The notes under the pieces are model-generated. The model had not been told where the DNA came from. It ran no database searches and worked only from the letters and a program-made list of their open reading frames with translations. Of a stretch of DNA of 64,000 nt, positions 24,797-34,572 are shown piece by piece (position 1 is the stretch's first letter; each line of letters starts with the position of its first letter). The stretch comes from Clostridia bacterium (GTDB lineage: Bacteria > Bacillota > Clostridia > Oscillospirales > CAG-272), in NCBI GenBank assembly GCA_017505745.1, contig JAFVOP010000031.1, positions 50,712 through 114,711 on the forward strand. The letters are read 5' to 3'. Both the position numbers and the translations under genes were made by a program.

Positions 24797-26181
24797 TCGT
24801 TCCCGTCTCCCAGCAGGCGCGAGACCTCCGCCATGATGGCGCACTCCATGCGCTTGCGGAAGAGCTTGCAGCCGTACTCGTACACGCCGCGCACCGAGCC
24901 CGTGGAATGGTAGGCATTGGCCGCGCAACCGCCCGAGCAATAAAGCTTGGCCCAGCAGTCGGCGCAGTCGGGGCGGGCGTAGACGTTGCAGGCGCAGAAA
25001 TCGTCCTGTACGGCCGTGTTGGAAACGCCGTCCCAGATATTGCCGAGCTTGAACTTCTCCTCGCCCACAAACTGGTGGCAGGGATAGAGATCGCCCCAAG
25101 GCGTGACGGCCATGTATTCGGTTCCCGAGCCGCAGCCCGAGATGCGCTTATAGATGCAGGGACCGCCCGAGAGGTCGATCATGTAGTGATAGAAGGTAAA
25201 GGGCTTGCCCGCGTGGCGACGTTCGATCATCAGCTCCGCCAGCTTTTCGTATTGCTCCAGAACGATGGGGAGGTCCTCCTCGGTCAGCTCCGAGGGATCT
25301 CCCGCGGCGCAAACCACGGGCTCCATGCTCAGCTCGGTAAATCCAAGGTCGAGCATTTGTTGGATATCCTTGAGAAAATCGGGATTTGCATGCGTAAAGG
25401 TGCCGCGCATATAGTAATTCTTGCCGCCGCGCGCCTCCACCAGCTTTTGGAATTTTGGCACGATGCGGTCCCAGCTTCCGTTACCCGCGTAGTCCACGCG
25501 GTAGCGGTCGTGGATCTCTTTTCGGCCGTCCAGGCTGAGGACCACGTTGCTCATTTCGCGGTTGGCAAAGTCGATCACATCGTCGTTGATCCCGAGCCCG
25601 TTGGTGGTAAGGGTGAAGCGGAAATTCTTTCCCTTTTCCTGTTCCACCTCTCTGGCGTAGGCTACGAGCTGCTTGACCACGTCAAAATTCATCAGGGGCT
25701 CGCCGCCAAAGAAGTCGACCTCCAGGTTGCGGCGGCTTCCCGAGTTTTCGATCAGAAAATCGAGCGCGCGCTTTCCAACCTCAAAGCTCATCACCGCGCG
25801 GTCGCCGTGGTATTTGCCTTGGCTGGCAAAGCAATAAGAGCAGTTGAGGTTGCAGGTGTGCGCCACGTGCAGGCAAAGCGCCTTGACCACGCCGCTCGTT
25901 TTTTGCTTCAATTCGCCCGCCATGGGACGGAAGGTGTCGGGGGTGAAGAGCTTTCCGCTTTCCTTGAGCTCCTCCACCTGCGCGTAGCATTCGGCAAGAT
26001 CGGCGTCGGTTATGCCGTCCTTTCCCTCAAAGCGCGCGTGCATTTCGGCAAGGACTTCCTCACGCGTGTGTGTTTCGAACATGGAAATGATGTCGTAGGC
26101 GATCTCATCCACCGCATGCACCGAGCCCGAGCAAATATCCAGAACGATGTTATAGCCGCCGAGTTTATATTGATGTACCAT
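24793..26181 (-). CDS. scfB: Radical SAM/SPASM thioether-forming SCIFF peptide maturase
   Basis: CLHVAHTCNLNCSYCFA (CxxxCxxC) and C-terminal SPASM cysteines (CGSGTEYMAVTPWGDLYPCH...CADCWAKLYCSGGC). Immediately downstream of the SCIFF precursor. Confidence 0.9.
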   Translation of the reverse strand: MVHQYKLGGYNIVLDICSGSVHAVDEIAYDIISMFETHTREEVLAEMHARFEGKDGITDADLAECYAQVEELKESGKLFTPDTFRPMAGELKQKTSGVVKALCLHVAHTCNLNCSYCFASQGKYHGDRAVMSFEVGKRALDFLIENSGSRRNLEVDFFGGEPLMNFDVVKQLVAYAREVEQEKGKNFRFTLTTNGLGINDDVIDFANREMSNVVLSLDGRKEIHDRYRVDYAGNGSWDRIVPKFQKLVEARGGKNYYMRGTFTHANPDFLKDIQQMLDLGFTELSMEPVVCAAGDPSELTEEDLPIVLEQYEKLAELMIERRHAGKPFTFYHYMIDLSGGPCIYKRISGCGSGTEYMAVTPWGDLYPCHQFVGEEKFKLGNIWDGVSNTAVQDDFCACNVYARPDCADCWAKLYCSGGCAANAYHSTGSVRGVYEYGCKLFRKRMECAIMAEVSRLLGDGNE

Positions 26182-26265
26182 AGCTTTTCACGGGCCCCGG
26201 TTCTGCGGTCGCCCGTATCCTCCAAAAATCCTCCCCGAAAAGTGGGGGTAGTCAAAAAAACAGGG

Positions 26266-26305
26266 GCGCGGGGAGGAATCCTTTCGAAAGGTTTCCTCCC
26301 CGCGC
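26266..26305 (-). terminator. Intercistronic attenuator/terminator hairpin between scfA and scfB
   Basis: GCGCGGGGAGGAA...TTCCTCCCCGCGC with an inner CCTTTCGAAAGG palindrome. On the minus strand a T7 run follows 5 nt later. Confidence 0.7.
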
Positions 26306-26323
26306 TCGATCCCTCAAAGAAAG

Positions 26324-26476
26324 TTACTTGCTTTCCTTTTTGTTTTCGCACTGCTGGTTTGCAATGCCGCAGCTGGTTTTGCAAGCAGACTGGCAAGAGG
26401 TCTGGCACTCACCGCAACCGCCGTTCTTTGCGCTCTCGCACAGGTTACGGGTTTCCAAGGTCTTGATATGTTTCAT
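26324..26476 (-). CDS. scfA: SCIFF six-cysteine ranthipeptide precursor (50 aa, not in ORF track)
   Basis: Hand translation: MKHIKTLETRNLCESAKNGGCGECQTSCQSACKTSCGIANQQCENKKESK*. SD GGAGGA lies 7 nt upstream. The GGCGECQTSCQSACKTSC core is the SCIFF signature. Confidence 0.9.
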   Translation of the reverse strand: MKHIKTLETRNLCESAKNGGCGECQTSCQSACKTSCGIANQQCENKKESK

Positions 26477-26511
26477 TTCGGTATCCTCCGTTTGATTTTT
26501 TCGTTAGGGAC

Positions 26512-26540
26512 AGTATATCACAAAAAATAGGTAAAGTCAA
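26512..26540 (-). promoter_or_regulatory. Sigma-A type promoter for scfA
   Basis: Minus strand reads TTGACT, a 17-nt spacer, then TATACT. Confidence 0.5.
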
Positions 26541-26589
26541 TATTTTTGCGAGAAATAATAGGAAAAACTCGCATTTTTTCGGCTTTTTT

Positions 26590-27207
26590 TCAGCGGATAA
26601 AATTGGTCGAAACGCGTTTTTCGGGTTCGGGAAGGCCATAGGCTTCTTTCCCAAGCGCGATGCTGCGCATCAGAAAGACCATATTTGTGGCCAGCGTGCG
26701 CATCGACTGCAGGCCTTCGGCATCCTCGGCGGCCTCTCCCGGTCTTGCTCCGTGCACGCTGTTCCAGTATTGGCCGGAGGCTATGGGCATGCCCGAGATG
26801 GTAAAGTATTTGTTGAGCTGATCAAAGGTTGCCGAGCAGCCTCCGCGCCGCGCCACCGCAACCGATGCGCCTACCTTCATTCGCTTGGAAAAATGCGTAC
26901 TGTAAAACAGACGGTCCAAAAATGCGGTGAGCGTGGAATTTGCCGAGGCATAGTAAACGGGGCTTGCTACCACGATACCGTCGCAGGCTTCGAGCAGAGG
27001 CGCTGCCTCATTGACGGGATCATCGACGATGCATTTGCCGGTCTGCGCGCAGGCGCCGCACGCCACGCATCCGCGGATCGCCCGATTTCCAATGTGGAGA
27101 AGCGTGACCTCCACACCTTCTTTTTCAAATACGGCAATCATTTCGCGCAGAGCCAGCGCGGTGTTTCCGTTGGCGCGCGGACTGCCGTTGATCAGTAATA
27201 CCTTCAT
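26590..27207 (-). CDS. Flavodoxin-like NAD(P)H-dependent FMN reductase / iron-sulfur flavoprotein family
   Basis: MKVLLINGSPRANGNT...CVACGACAQTGKC...VVASPVYYASANSTLTAFLDR. Confidence 0.8.
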   Translation of the reverse strand: MKVLLINGSPRANGNTALALREMIAVFEKEGVEVTLLHIGNRAIRGCVACGACAQTGKCIVDDPVNEAAPLLEACDGIVVASPVYYASANSTLTAFLDRLFYSTHFSKRMKVGASVAVARRGGCSATFDQLNKYFTISGMPIASGQYWNSVHGARPGEAAEDAEGLQSMRTLATNMVFLMRSIALGKEAYGLPEPEKRVSTNFIR

Positions 27208-27307
27208 ATCGCTCTCCTTGTAAGCCCATTTTTTATCAGTGTATGCTTATTATAGCATAGAAAAGACGGGTTTGCAAGATTTTGCGGAGATGTTTTTGCG
27301 CGCGGGA

Positions 27308-29113
27308 TTATTGGATCTTTTGATTGGGCGTGATCAGGACCTTGCTGTCCGAGCCGTCGTAGGGAAGTACAAATACGGTGGTATCAAATTTTGCGTAGAA
27401 GACCTTGGAGAATTGCAGCAGGGGCACCACCCAGTCCTTCTTTTCCCAGGTGCCGATCTTGTGCGGGCCGAGCGGGATCAGCGAATATTTGGGGGAGGCA
27501 AGCACGGGATAGCGAGGATCGGTGGGGCCGATGGAATGGTGAGGAGCCTGATAGAAATCGACCTCCAGATCATCCCCGTACATGTGGATCATCACCTGAT
27601 TGGAATCGGTATGCGTATCTCCGTTGAAGAGGATCGTTTGTCCTTCAACGGTCAGTCTGGAAACGATGGACAGGTTATTGGAGGCTCCCAAAGCAACCCC
27701 CGAACGCAGATCGTGTGTGTAGAGGATATCAAGTACGGCATCGCCAAAGCGGTATACCTGCCCGGGATGACACTTGTGAACTGCCGTGCCCGTCTTTTCC
27801 AGCTTTGCAATAACGGCGCGGTATGCATGGATCTTTTCATCCAGATCGGCGGTTTTGTCGGTTGTTGCGCCTGCCTGATAATCCGAGGGATTATTGATCA
27901 GCAGATTTTTGACGCGGTATTGCGAGCTGTTTGCGTAATTGTTGCAGAAATATTCAAAAGCGCCGATGTGGTCGTTATGCGGGTGCGTGATCACCCAGGC
28001 GGCAATAATGATATTGTTGGGATTGGGGGCGTATTTTCTCATCACCTGCAGCAGTCGCTCGCAGCATTGGTACTCCTTGTATTGGGAGTCGTTATGACCG
28101 CCGTCCCAGATCAGGAACTGACCGTTGGAAAGGCGAACCACATAGCTCATGCCGTTGTGATCCTCGCTTCCGTAGGGCGTGATGCCGATCTGGATCAGAA
28201 GCGGCGAGGTAACCTTACTCGTGGCGGTATTTTCATAGCTGATATATGCATTTTTCTCCAACGGCTCGATGATCAGGCGGGACGTATCATTGTAGGCGGT
28301 GTGGATCGCGGTGACCGTATAGGAGGAGTTTGCATACAGGGCATACGGATTGTCGCTGTTAAGGATCTCGCGGCTTTCCCTTTGGGTATAGCCGGCGGCA
28401 GCCAGCTGAGCGAGGTAGCTGTTGTGATCCTGAAGAGACATTTCATGAAGGGCCAGTACGTAGCAGCCGTCGCCCGCGTCGGTGAGAGTGTACTCGTTGT
28501 CTGCGGGGCTGGCAGGAAGCTGATTCACCATCGAAAGCGCGGTGCCGCTCACCGTTGTGTCGGCAGGGATCACGATGCTTTTATCCTCGGTTACAGACTC
28601 TTCCAGAAGCGTGATAAACCGCTCCACGGCAATGTCCAACGAGGTGACGGTGGGCGCAGTGATCACGATCTTATTGCCAACCGGAGCAATGAGATAATCT
28701 CCCCAGGCAACGGTAGCCAGTGCCTGCTCGGTTTCCCCGTAGGCGGTGATTCCGATCAGGATCTCCCGGGCTTTGGAGTCGTAGGTCTCATTTTTGGGAA
28801 TGTAGTCGTCCTTTACGGAAACCTTATCTCCGGTGAGATCTTCAAGGACGTTCTTGATCCTTGCGACATGCGCCTTTTCAAAAAAGGTCGTGTTGTCATA
28901 ATCGTAAGGGTAGACGATGTTAAACAGGGCGTCTCCTTCTTTGGCAATGACGATGTCCTCGTCTGCGGGAGCGGTTTCGGTTTCGCTGACCGATTCGCTC
29001 TCGGAATCACTCTCCGCAGCGTCGGTATCAACGGGAGGCTTGCCCGACTCGCAGGAAGAAAAGGTCAGCAAAAGCAGGCAAAGGGCAAGAAGAAAAGAAA
29101 GATGTTTTTTCAT
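27308..29113 (-). CDS. Lipoprotein, MBL-fold metallo-hydrolase (paralogue of 9979..12861 N-terminal half)
   Basis: ATG 29113 with AAAGGAG SD. Lipobox LLLLTFSSC. AAWVITHPHNDHIGAF and QAPHHS motifs. Shares the pre-MBL domain pattern (...IEP...LLIQIG...GMSYVVRL.NGQF.I.DGG) with the 9979 protein. Confidence 0.7.
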   Translation of the reverse strand: MKKHLSFLLALCLLLLTFSSCESGKPPVDTDAAESDSESESVSETETAPADEDIVIAKEGDALFNIVYPYDYDNTTFFEKAHVARIKNVLEDLTGDKVSVKDDYIPKNETYDSKAREILIGITAYGETEQALATVAWGDYLIAPVGNKIVITAPTVTSLDIAVERFITLLEESVTEDKSIVIPADTTVSGTALSMVNQLPASPADNEYTLTDAGDGCYVLALHEMSLQDHNSYLAQLAAAGYTQRESREILNSDNPYALYANSSYTVTAIHTAYNDTSRLIIEPLEKNAYISYENTATSKVTSPLLIQIGITPYGSEDHNGMSYVVRLSNGQFLIWDGGHNDSQYKEYQCCERLLQVMRKYAPNPNNIIIAAWVITHPHNDHIGAFEYFCNNYANSSQYRVKNLLINNPSDYQAGATTDKTADLDEKIHAYRAVIAKLEKTGTAVHKCHPGQVYRFGDAVLDILYTHDLRSGVALGASNNLSIVSRLTVEGQTILFNGDTHTDSNQVMIHMYGDDLEVDFYQAPHHSIGPTDPRYPVLASPKYSLIPLGPHKIGTWEKKDWVVPLLQFSKVFYAKFDTTVFVLPYDGSDSKVLITPNQKIQ

Positions 29114-29334
29114 ACAAACGGACTCCTTTTTTATAGAATTCAACGAAATTATAGCTTTTTCATAAAAGGAAGTCAATGATAATTTCGATACTGACTTGAA
29201 GTTTTCGAAACAAAAATTGCAGGGTGGCTTCTGCATTTCGTATAAAAAAAGAGCGGTTGATGTGTCTGCGATAAAGCAGACAGAACGGCATAACCTAAAA
29301 ACGGATATGCCGTTCTTTTTTCTCCAATCCAACC

Positions 29335-30238
29335 GCGAGTTGACTTTTCTTTGACAAAAATATCGTTTTTAAAAGCAGAAACGATACTGAATTCACCGCC
29401 GTTGTCCGTAAGTAAAAGTGGGGAAATATCTCCAAAGTTAAAGTCTAAAGCCTTTAAACTCAGCTTTTAGATTTTGGATTTTATTCGCCGCTTCGGCTAC
29501 TGTTTTGTTGTCGAGCAACAATCCAATCATAAAATCGCTATTTACAAAATGAATCGTCATAATGACCTTGCCGCCTATTCTACCGATTACCGTATCAAGT
29601 TGCACAAGAGGTAGATCGCTGTTATCTTCGACGAAAGCAAGAAAATCGTCAAAAGTACGACCTTCACGAGCCCATTTGGGTACGTAATCGCTTTCTTTTG
29701 AATTCCTTGGCTTGAATTTTACAGCTCTCGGCAGATCCATTGGTGTAATTGAATAATATCTCTTTTGGATATGACGGTATACGGTGGCTGTTGATATGGG
29801 CAAATTGTTGGATTGAATAATGTGGTAGATGTGTTGCCCATTTTGTACTGCTTCCGAGATGATACGTTCTGTTTCGTAAAAGCTTTCTTTGTTCAGGGGT
29901 ATTCCGGTACGAGATTCTACAAGTACCGTATCGTATTCAGCTTGTGCTTTTTTTGCAGTATATAGTTGCCGTCTATACGGACAACTGCTACGGCTTTTCT
30001 TTTCGCAACCGTTACAAACGAATGGGGCTTTTAAGAGCTTGGGACATACTTCTTCCGTTCGTACAAACGAATTTGTATATGGCTCCATGTGGATCTTCAC
30101 TTCTCGTGAAATCGTCGTTTGGCTTTTCCCGATCCGTTGTCCGATTGCCCTAAAGGTCATTCCTTTACTTAGGCATTCTTGAATTTTGATTCGATCGTCA
30201 AGTGTCATGTGCTTGTTTTTCTTTTCGTTGTTTCTCAT
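29335..30238 (-). pseudogene. IS30-family transposase, frameshifted and 3'-truncated remnant
   Basis: Intact N-terminal HTH and linker (MTLDDRIKIQECLSKGMTFRAIGQRIGKSQTTISREV...), stop at 29438. The DDE region continues in another frame (...LLTDNGGEFS...) and then ends. Confidence 0.8.
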
Positions 30239-30378
30239 AGTCTGAGTCCTCCTTTTCTCAGACTAAATTCTACCACAAAATCCTTCTCAGAGTAAATGCA
30301 ACTTCTAAATTGCATTGTTGCATTTACTTTGAGAATTTACATTTCCTTAAAAAAACAGTGGAAAATTAGTCTCTTGTG

Positions 30379-30407
30379 TTGACTTTTCGACATTCTTGTG
30401 CTATAAT
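30379..30407 (+). promoter_or_regulatory. Consensus extended -10 promoter driving the polysaccharide operon
   Basis: TTGACT, a 17-nt spacer ending in TGc, then TATAAT. Lies 87 nt upstream of ATG 30494 and about 140 nt beyond the IS30 remnant. Confidence 0.6.
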
Positions 30408-30493
30408 GACATAGTATGAATGGCGTTTCTTTGAAGAGAGATGAACCTCAATATTCCATGTTCCAATATTAATTTCAATTGAGAGGTTGTAGT

Positions 30494-31711
30494 ATGGATG
30501 TAAGAATGAATGTTTCTTTTTCTCCGCCTGATGTGGGAGAAGAAGAAATTCAAGAAATCTCAGAAGCATTGCGCTCTGGATGGATTACCACAGGGCCAAG
30601 GACAAAACTTTTGGAAAAAAAGATTGCTTCATATGTTGGCACCGAGATGTGCGTGTGTTTAAACTCGCAAACCGCGTGCGCGGAGTTAGCGTTGCGTGTT
30701 CTTGGTGTTGGAGAAGGAGATGAAGTAATTACGTCTGCCTACACGTATACCGCATCTGCTTCTGTTATTGACCATGTTGGTGCTAAAATTGTTTTGATTG
30801 ACACGCAGAAGAACAGTTTGGAAATGGATTACGATGCGCTTGAAGCGGCAATTACCACTGAAACAAAGGCAATTATTCCTGTGGATGTGGGTGGTGTACC
30901 TTGCGACTATAATCGATTGTTTGAAATTGTCGAGCGAAAAAAAGAGCTTTTCACTCCCAATAACGAATTACAGAGAGCAATTGGTAGAGTTACAATTATG
31001 GCTGATGCCGCGCATTCTTTGGGGGCGTCTCGATATGGAAAGATGACTGGAAATATTGCAGATTTTTCTTCTTTTTCTTTTCATGCGGTGAAAAATCTTA
31101 CAACCGCTGAAGGCGGTGCACTAACTTGGCGAACAATTAAAGGGGTAGACAACTTAGAGATATATAAGAAATTGCAATTGTTAAGTCTCCACGGCCAAAG
31201 TAAAGATGCTCTTGCTAAAACTCAATTAGGCTCTTGGGAATATGACATTATCGGGACATGGTACAAATGCAATATGACCGATATTGCGGCGGCAATTGGA
31301 TTGGCGCAAATGAAGCGGTATCCAAAATTATTGGAGAAACGAAGGAAGATTATCTTGAGGTATGATGAGGCATTTGCTCCATTGGGCGTGTGGGGTCTAC
31401 CTCACTACACGGATGAGTATACATCTTCGGGTCATTTATATTTGACGAGAGTGCCGGGAATCAAAGGAGAACATCGTAACGACATTATTTCTAGGATGGC
31501 AAAACAGGGAATTGCTTGCAATGTTCACTACAAGCCGCTACCTATGCATACGGCATATAAAAAACTTGGGTTTTCCATTGAGGATTATCCTAATGCATAT
31601 GCACAATTTGAAAACGAGATCTCACTCCCGCTGCATACAGGGTTAACTGGTGAGCAGGTGGAGTACGTGATTGAAAACTATCAGAAGATTGTGAGCGAAT
31701 ACATAAGATGA
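30494..31711 (+). CDS. DegT/DnrJ/EryC1/StrS-family PLP sugar aminotransferase
   Basis: ...SGWITTGPRTKLLEKKIASYVG...ADAAHSLGA...FSFHAVKNLTTAEGGAL (PLP-binding Lys). Confidence 0.85.
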   Translation: MDVRMNVSFSPPDVGEEEIQEISEALRSGWITTGPRTKLLEKKIASYVGTEMCVCLNSQTACAELALRVLGVGEGDEVITSAYTYTASASVIDHVGAKIVLIDTQKNSLEMDYDALEAAITTETKAIIPVDVGGVPCDYNRLFEIVERKKELFTPNNELQRAIGRVTIMADAAHSLGASRYGKMTGNIADFSSFSFHAVKNLTTAEGGALTWRTIKGVDNLEIYKKLQLLSLHGQSKDALAKTQLGSWEYDIIGTWYKCNMTDIAAAIGLAQMKRYPKLLEKRRKIILRYDEAFAPLGVWGLPHYTDEYTSSGHLYLTRVPGIKGEHRNDIISRMAKQGIACNVHYKPLPMHTAYKKLGFSIEDYPNAYAQFENEISLPLHTGLTGEQVEYVIENYQKIVSEYIR

Positions 31712-32442
31712 TGCTTCGAAAGTGGGATGCTCTTCCTCCTGAAATGAAAACCGAAGAAGTTCGTAAGTATTATGACATCTTGAAAAAGAAGCGAGTAAGT
31801 CTGCTGTTCAAAAGACTGTTTGACATTGTTGGTTCATTGTTTCTGCTGACAGTGTTGTTTCCTGTCTTTTTAGTTTTATCCATTGCGATCAAAATTGATA
31901 GCAAAGGGCCTGTTTTTTACCGACAGGTCAGGGTGACGCAGTACAATAAGCACTTTCGTATCTTTAAGTTTCGATCGATGGTTCAGAATGCAGATCAGGG
32001 CTCACAAGTTACTGTTAGCGGTGATACAAGAGTGACACGCGTCGGAAAGATTGTTCGAAAATGCAGATTGGATGAAATCAGTCAATTGATTGATGTTTTG
32101 CGCGGAACGATGACGTTTGTGGGAACTCGCCCCGAGGTTCCGAAATATACGGAACGATATACTCCTGAAATGATGGCCACACTTTTGCTTCCTGCCGGTG
32201 TAACTAGTTTGGCGAGTATATACTATAAGAATGAGGCCGAGTTGTTGAATGCGTCGGAAGATACAGATAAAGTGTATATAGAGCAAATTCTTCCCGCGAA
32301 AATGCACTATAACTTGGGAGCCATTGAGCAGTTCAGCTTTTTTGGTGACATCAAGATCATGTTTATGACAATGTTGGCGGTTTTGGGGAAGAAATACGAA
32401 GGGAACCACGAATCAAAAGAAAGAGAAACGGTGTCATCATGA
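31708..32442 (+). CDS. Polyprenyl-phosphate sugar phosphotransferase (small PglC/EpsL-type initiating transferase)
   Basis: KRLFDIVGSLFLL..., FRIFKFRSM, DEISQLIDVLRGTMTFVGTRP. ATGA overlap with the upstream gene. Confidence 0.85.
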   Translation: MMLRKWDALPPEMKTEEVRKYYDILKKKRVSLLFKRLFDIVGSLFLLTVLFPVFLVLSIAIKIDSKGPVFYRQVRVTQYNKHFRIFKFRSMVQNADQGSQVTVSGDTRVTRVGKIVRKCRLDEISQLIDVLRGTMTFVGTRPEVPKYTERYTPEMMATLLLPAGVTSLASIYYKNEAELLNASEDTDKVYIEQILPAKMHYNLGAIEQFSFFGDIKIMFMTMLAVLGKKYEGNHESKERETVSS

Positions 32443-33191
32443 AAAAAGGACTTGTTTCAGTTATAATGCCTACATACAATTGTGGCAAGTTTATAGGAGA
32501 AACATTAGATTGCATACTCGCACAAACGTATTCGGTATGGGAGATCATTATTGTGGATGATTGTTCCACAGATAATACGAAGGAAATAGTCCGGTTATAT
32601 ACGGAGAAGGATAGTCGCATTAAATATTATTGTTTGGACACAAATTCTGGCGCTGCCGTTGCTAGAACTGTGGCAATGAAACTTGCGGAAGGTGAGTATA
32701 TGGCTTTTTGCGATAGTGACGATTTGTGGATGCCCGAAAAACTGGAACGACAGCTGGAATTTATGCAAGGCAATGATTACGCTTTTTCCTGTACTGCATA
32801 TGAACAGATTGACGAAAAAGGAGAACGTTTAAATCGTATAATAAAGACGGTAAAAAAAACAAATTATAACAGACTTCTTTTGGATTGTCCTGTAGGGAAT
32901 TCCACCGTTATGTACAATGTGGAAAAAATGGGAAAGTTTGAGGTGCCGGATATCCGGAAACGTAATGACGATGCATTGTGGCTTCAGATGCTGAAGAAAG
33001 AAGCGTACATTTGGGGGATGCCAGATGTGTTGATGAAATATCGGATTCGACAAAACTCTATTTCCAGCAATAAATTGAAGGTGATCAAGTATCATTGGAT
33101 TTTGTATCGAAAAATTGAACATTTGAATCTGTTTCGTTCGGCCTTTCACGTTTTTTGGTGGTGTTTTTTAAAGGTGTTTCGGATAAAGTAA
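32439..33191 (+). CDS. Family-2 glycosyltransferase
   Basis: VSVIMPTYNCGKFIGETLDCILAQTY...IIVDDCSTDNT...FCDSDD. Confidence 0.85.
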   Translation: MKKGLVSVIMPTYNCGKFIGETLDCILAQTYSVWEIIIVDDCSTDNTKEIVRLYTEKDSRIKYYCLDTNSGAAVARTVAMKLAEGEYMAFCDSDDLWMPEKLERQLEFMQGNDYAFSCTAYEQIDEKGERLNRIIKTVKKTNYNRLLLDCPVGNSTVMYNVEKMGKFEVPDIRKRNDDALWLQMLKKEAYIWGMPDVLMKYRIRQNSISSNKLKVIKYHWILYRKIEHLNLFRSAFHVFWWCFLKVFRIK

Positions 33192-33218
33192 TTTTTAGTT
33201 TATTTGGAGGTTGACAAG

Positions 33219-34544
33219 ATGTCACTTTACGAAAAAATTGTTAAAAGAGAAGAAAAACTTTCGCTAATTGGACTGGGTTATGTGGGGATGCCTATTGCAG
33301 TTGCATTTGCAAACAAGGGTATTGATGTTGTTGGTTTTGACTTAAATAAAGAGAAGATCAATTTGTACAGGAATGGAGTGGATCCTACTAAAGAAGTTGG
33401 GAATGAAGCTATTAAAAATACAACGGTTTTCTTTACCTCCAATGAAAAGGATTTGCAAAAAGCAAAATTCCATATTGTGGCTGTGCCGACTCCTGTCAAC
33501 ACAGACCACACGCCGGACTTAACGCCTGTAATTGGTGCTTCTAAAATTGTGGGTAGAAACCTAACAAAAGGATCGTACGTTGTATTTGAATCCACTGTGT
33601 ATCCCGGCTGTACGGAAGATGTATGTATTCCTATTTTGGAACGTGAATCCGGGTTAAAATCAGGTGTTGATTTTAAAGTAGGTTACTCACCTGAAAGAAT
33701 CAATCCTGGCGACAAGGTGCACAGACTAGAAAACATAAAGAAAATCGTCTCTGGGTGCGATGAGGAGGCTTTATGTGTAATCAAAGCGGTATATGACATT
33801 GTTATTGAAGTTGGAACGTACCCAGTGAGCAACCTTAGAACCGCAGAGGCAGTTAAGGTTGTGGAAAACAGTCAAAGAGATATCAATATTGCATTTATGA
33901 ATGAACTTGCCATGGCTTTTGATAAAATGGATATTGATACTAACGAAGTTGTGGATGGGATGAATACCAAATGGAACGCCCTTGGTTTTCGTCCTGGTTT
34001 AGTTGGCGGTCATTGTATTGGTGTCGATCCCTATTACTTCACCTATCAAGCGGAAAAGCTTGGCTATCATAGCCAAATTATTCTCAACGGCCGTATCGTA
34101 AATGATAGCATGGGAAAATTTGTTGCAGAAGCGGCAATTAAGCAAATGATTGCTGCCGGAAAGGCACCTAAAAAATCCAAGGTCTTTATTTTTGGTTTGA
34201 CTTTTAAGGAAAATTGTCCGGACACTAGAAACAGCAAAGTGGACGATATAATTAAAACACTGAACGAATATGAGATCGTTCCCGAGATTGTGGATCCTTG
34301 GGCAAGCGCAAAAGACGCCATGAATGAGTATGGAGTGACGTTGAGCGCGATGGGGAATGTTAAAGATGCCGACTGTATTATCCTGGCGGTTGCTCATAAT
34401 GAGTTTAAGAGCCTTTCTATGGAGGATATAAAAGCAATGTTTGCCAAGAACTTGACAGACGAGGAAAAGGTTCTTATCGATGTAAAGGGTCTGTATTCTA
34501 CGGCAGATCTAAAAAAATCTGGCATGAGATGGTGGAGGCTGTAA
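33219..34544 (+). CDS. Nucleotide-sugar 6-dehydrogenase (VipA/TviB, WecC/Cap5O-like; UDP-N-acetylhexosamine type)
   Basis: LSLIGLGYVGMPIAVAFA...HIVAVPTPV...ESTVYPG...GYSPERINPGD...GGHCIGVDPYY. Confidence 0.8.
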   Translation: MSLYEKIVKREEKLSLIGLGYVGMPIAVAFANKGIDVVGFDLNKEKINLYRNGVDPTKEVGNEAIKNTTVFFTSNEKDLQKAKFHIVAVPTPVNTDHTPDLTPVIGASKIVGRNLTKGSYVVFESTVYPGCTEDVCIPILERESGLKSGVDFKVGYSPERINPGDKVHRLENIKKIVSGCDEEALCVIKAVYDIVIEVGTYPVSNLRTAEAVKVVENSQRDINIAFMNELAMAFDKMDIDTNEVVDGMNTKWNALGFRPGLVGGHCIGVDPYYFTYQAEKLGYHSQIILNGRIVNDSMGKFVAEAAIKQMIAAGKAPKKSKVFIFGLTFKENCPDTRNSKVDDIIKTLNEYEIVPEIVDPWASAKDAMNEYGVTLSAMGNVKDADCIILAVAHNEFKSLSMEDIKAMFAKNLTDEEKVLIDVKGLYSTADLKKSGMRWWRL

Positions 34545-34572
34545 TATTGAAAATCCAATTGGAGATTAAAAG

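Noticed and set aside
26010-26408. 132-aa minus-strand ORF spanning the scfA-scfB intergenic region.
   Set aside because: It overlaps the SCIFF coding sequence and the scfB start in other frames, runs through the attenuator hairpin, and has no SD.
30239-30333. Palindromes next to the IS30 remnant: TAGTCTGAG...CTCAGACTA around the transposase SD, and a 17-bp inverted pair CTCAGAGTAAATGCAAC / GTTGCATTTACTTTGAG separated by 14 nt (possible abutted IS ends).
   Set aside because: Cannot be distinguished by eye from ordinary transposase translational-control hairpins or IS30 end sequences. The element is defunct, so this is noted only as part of the IS remnant.
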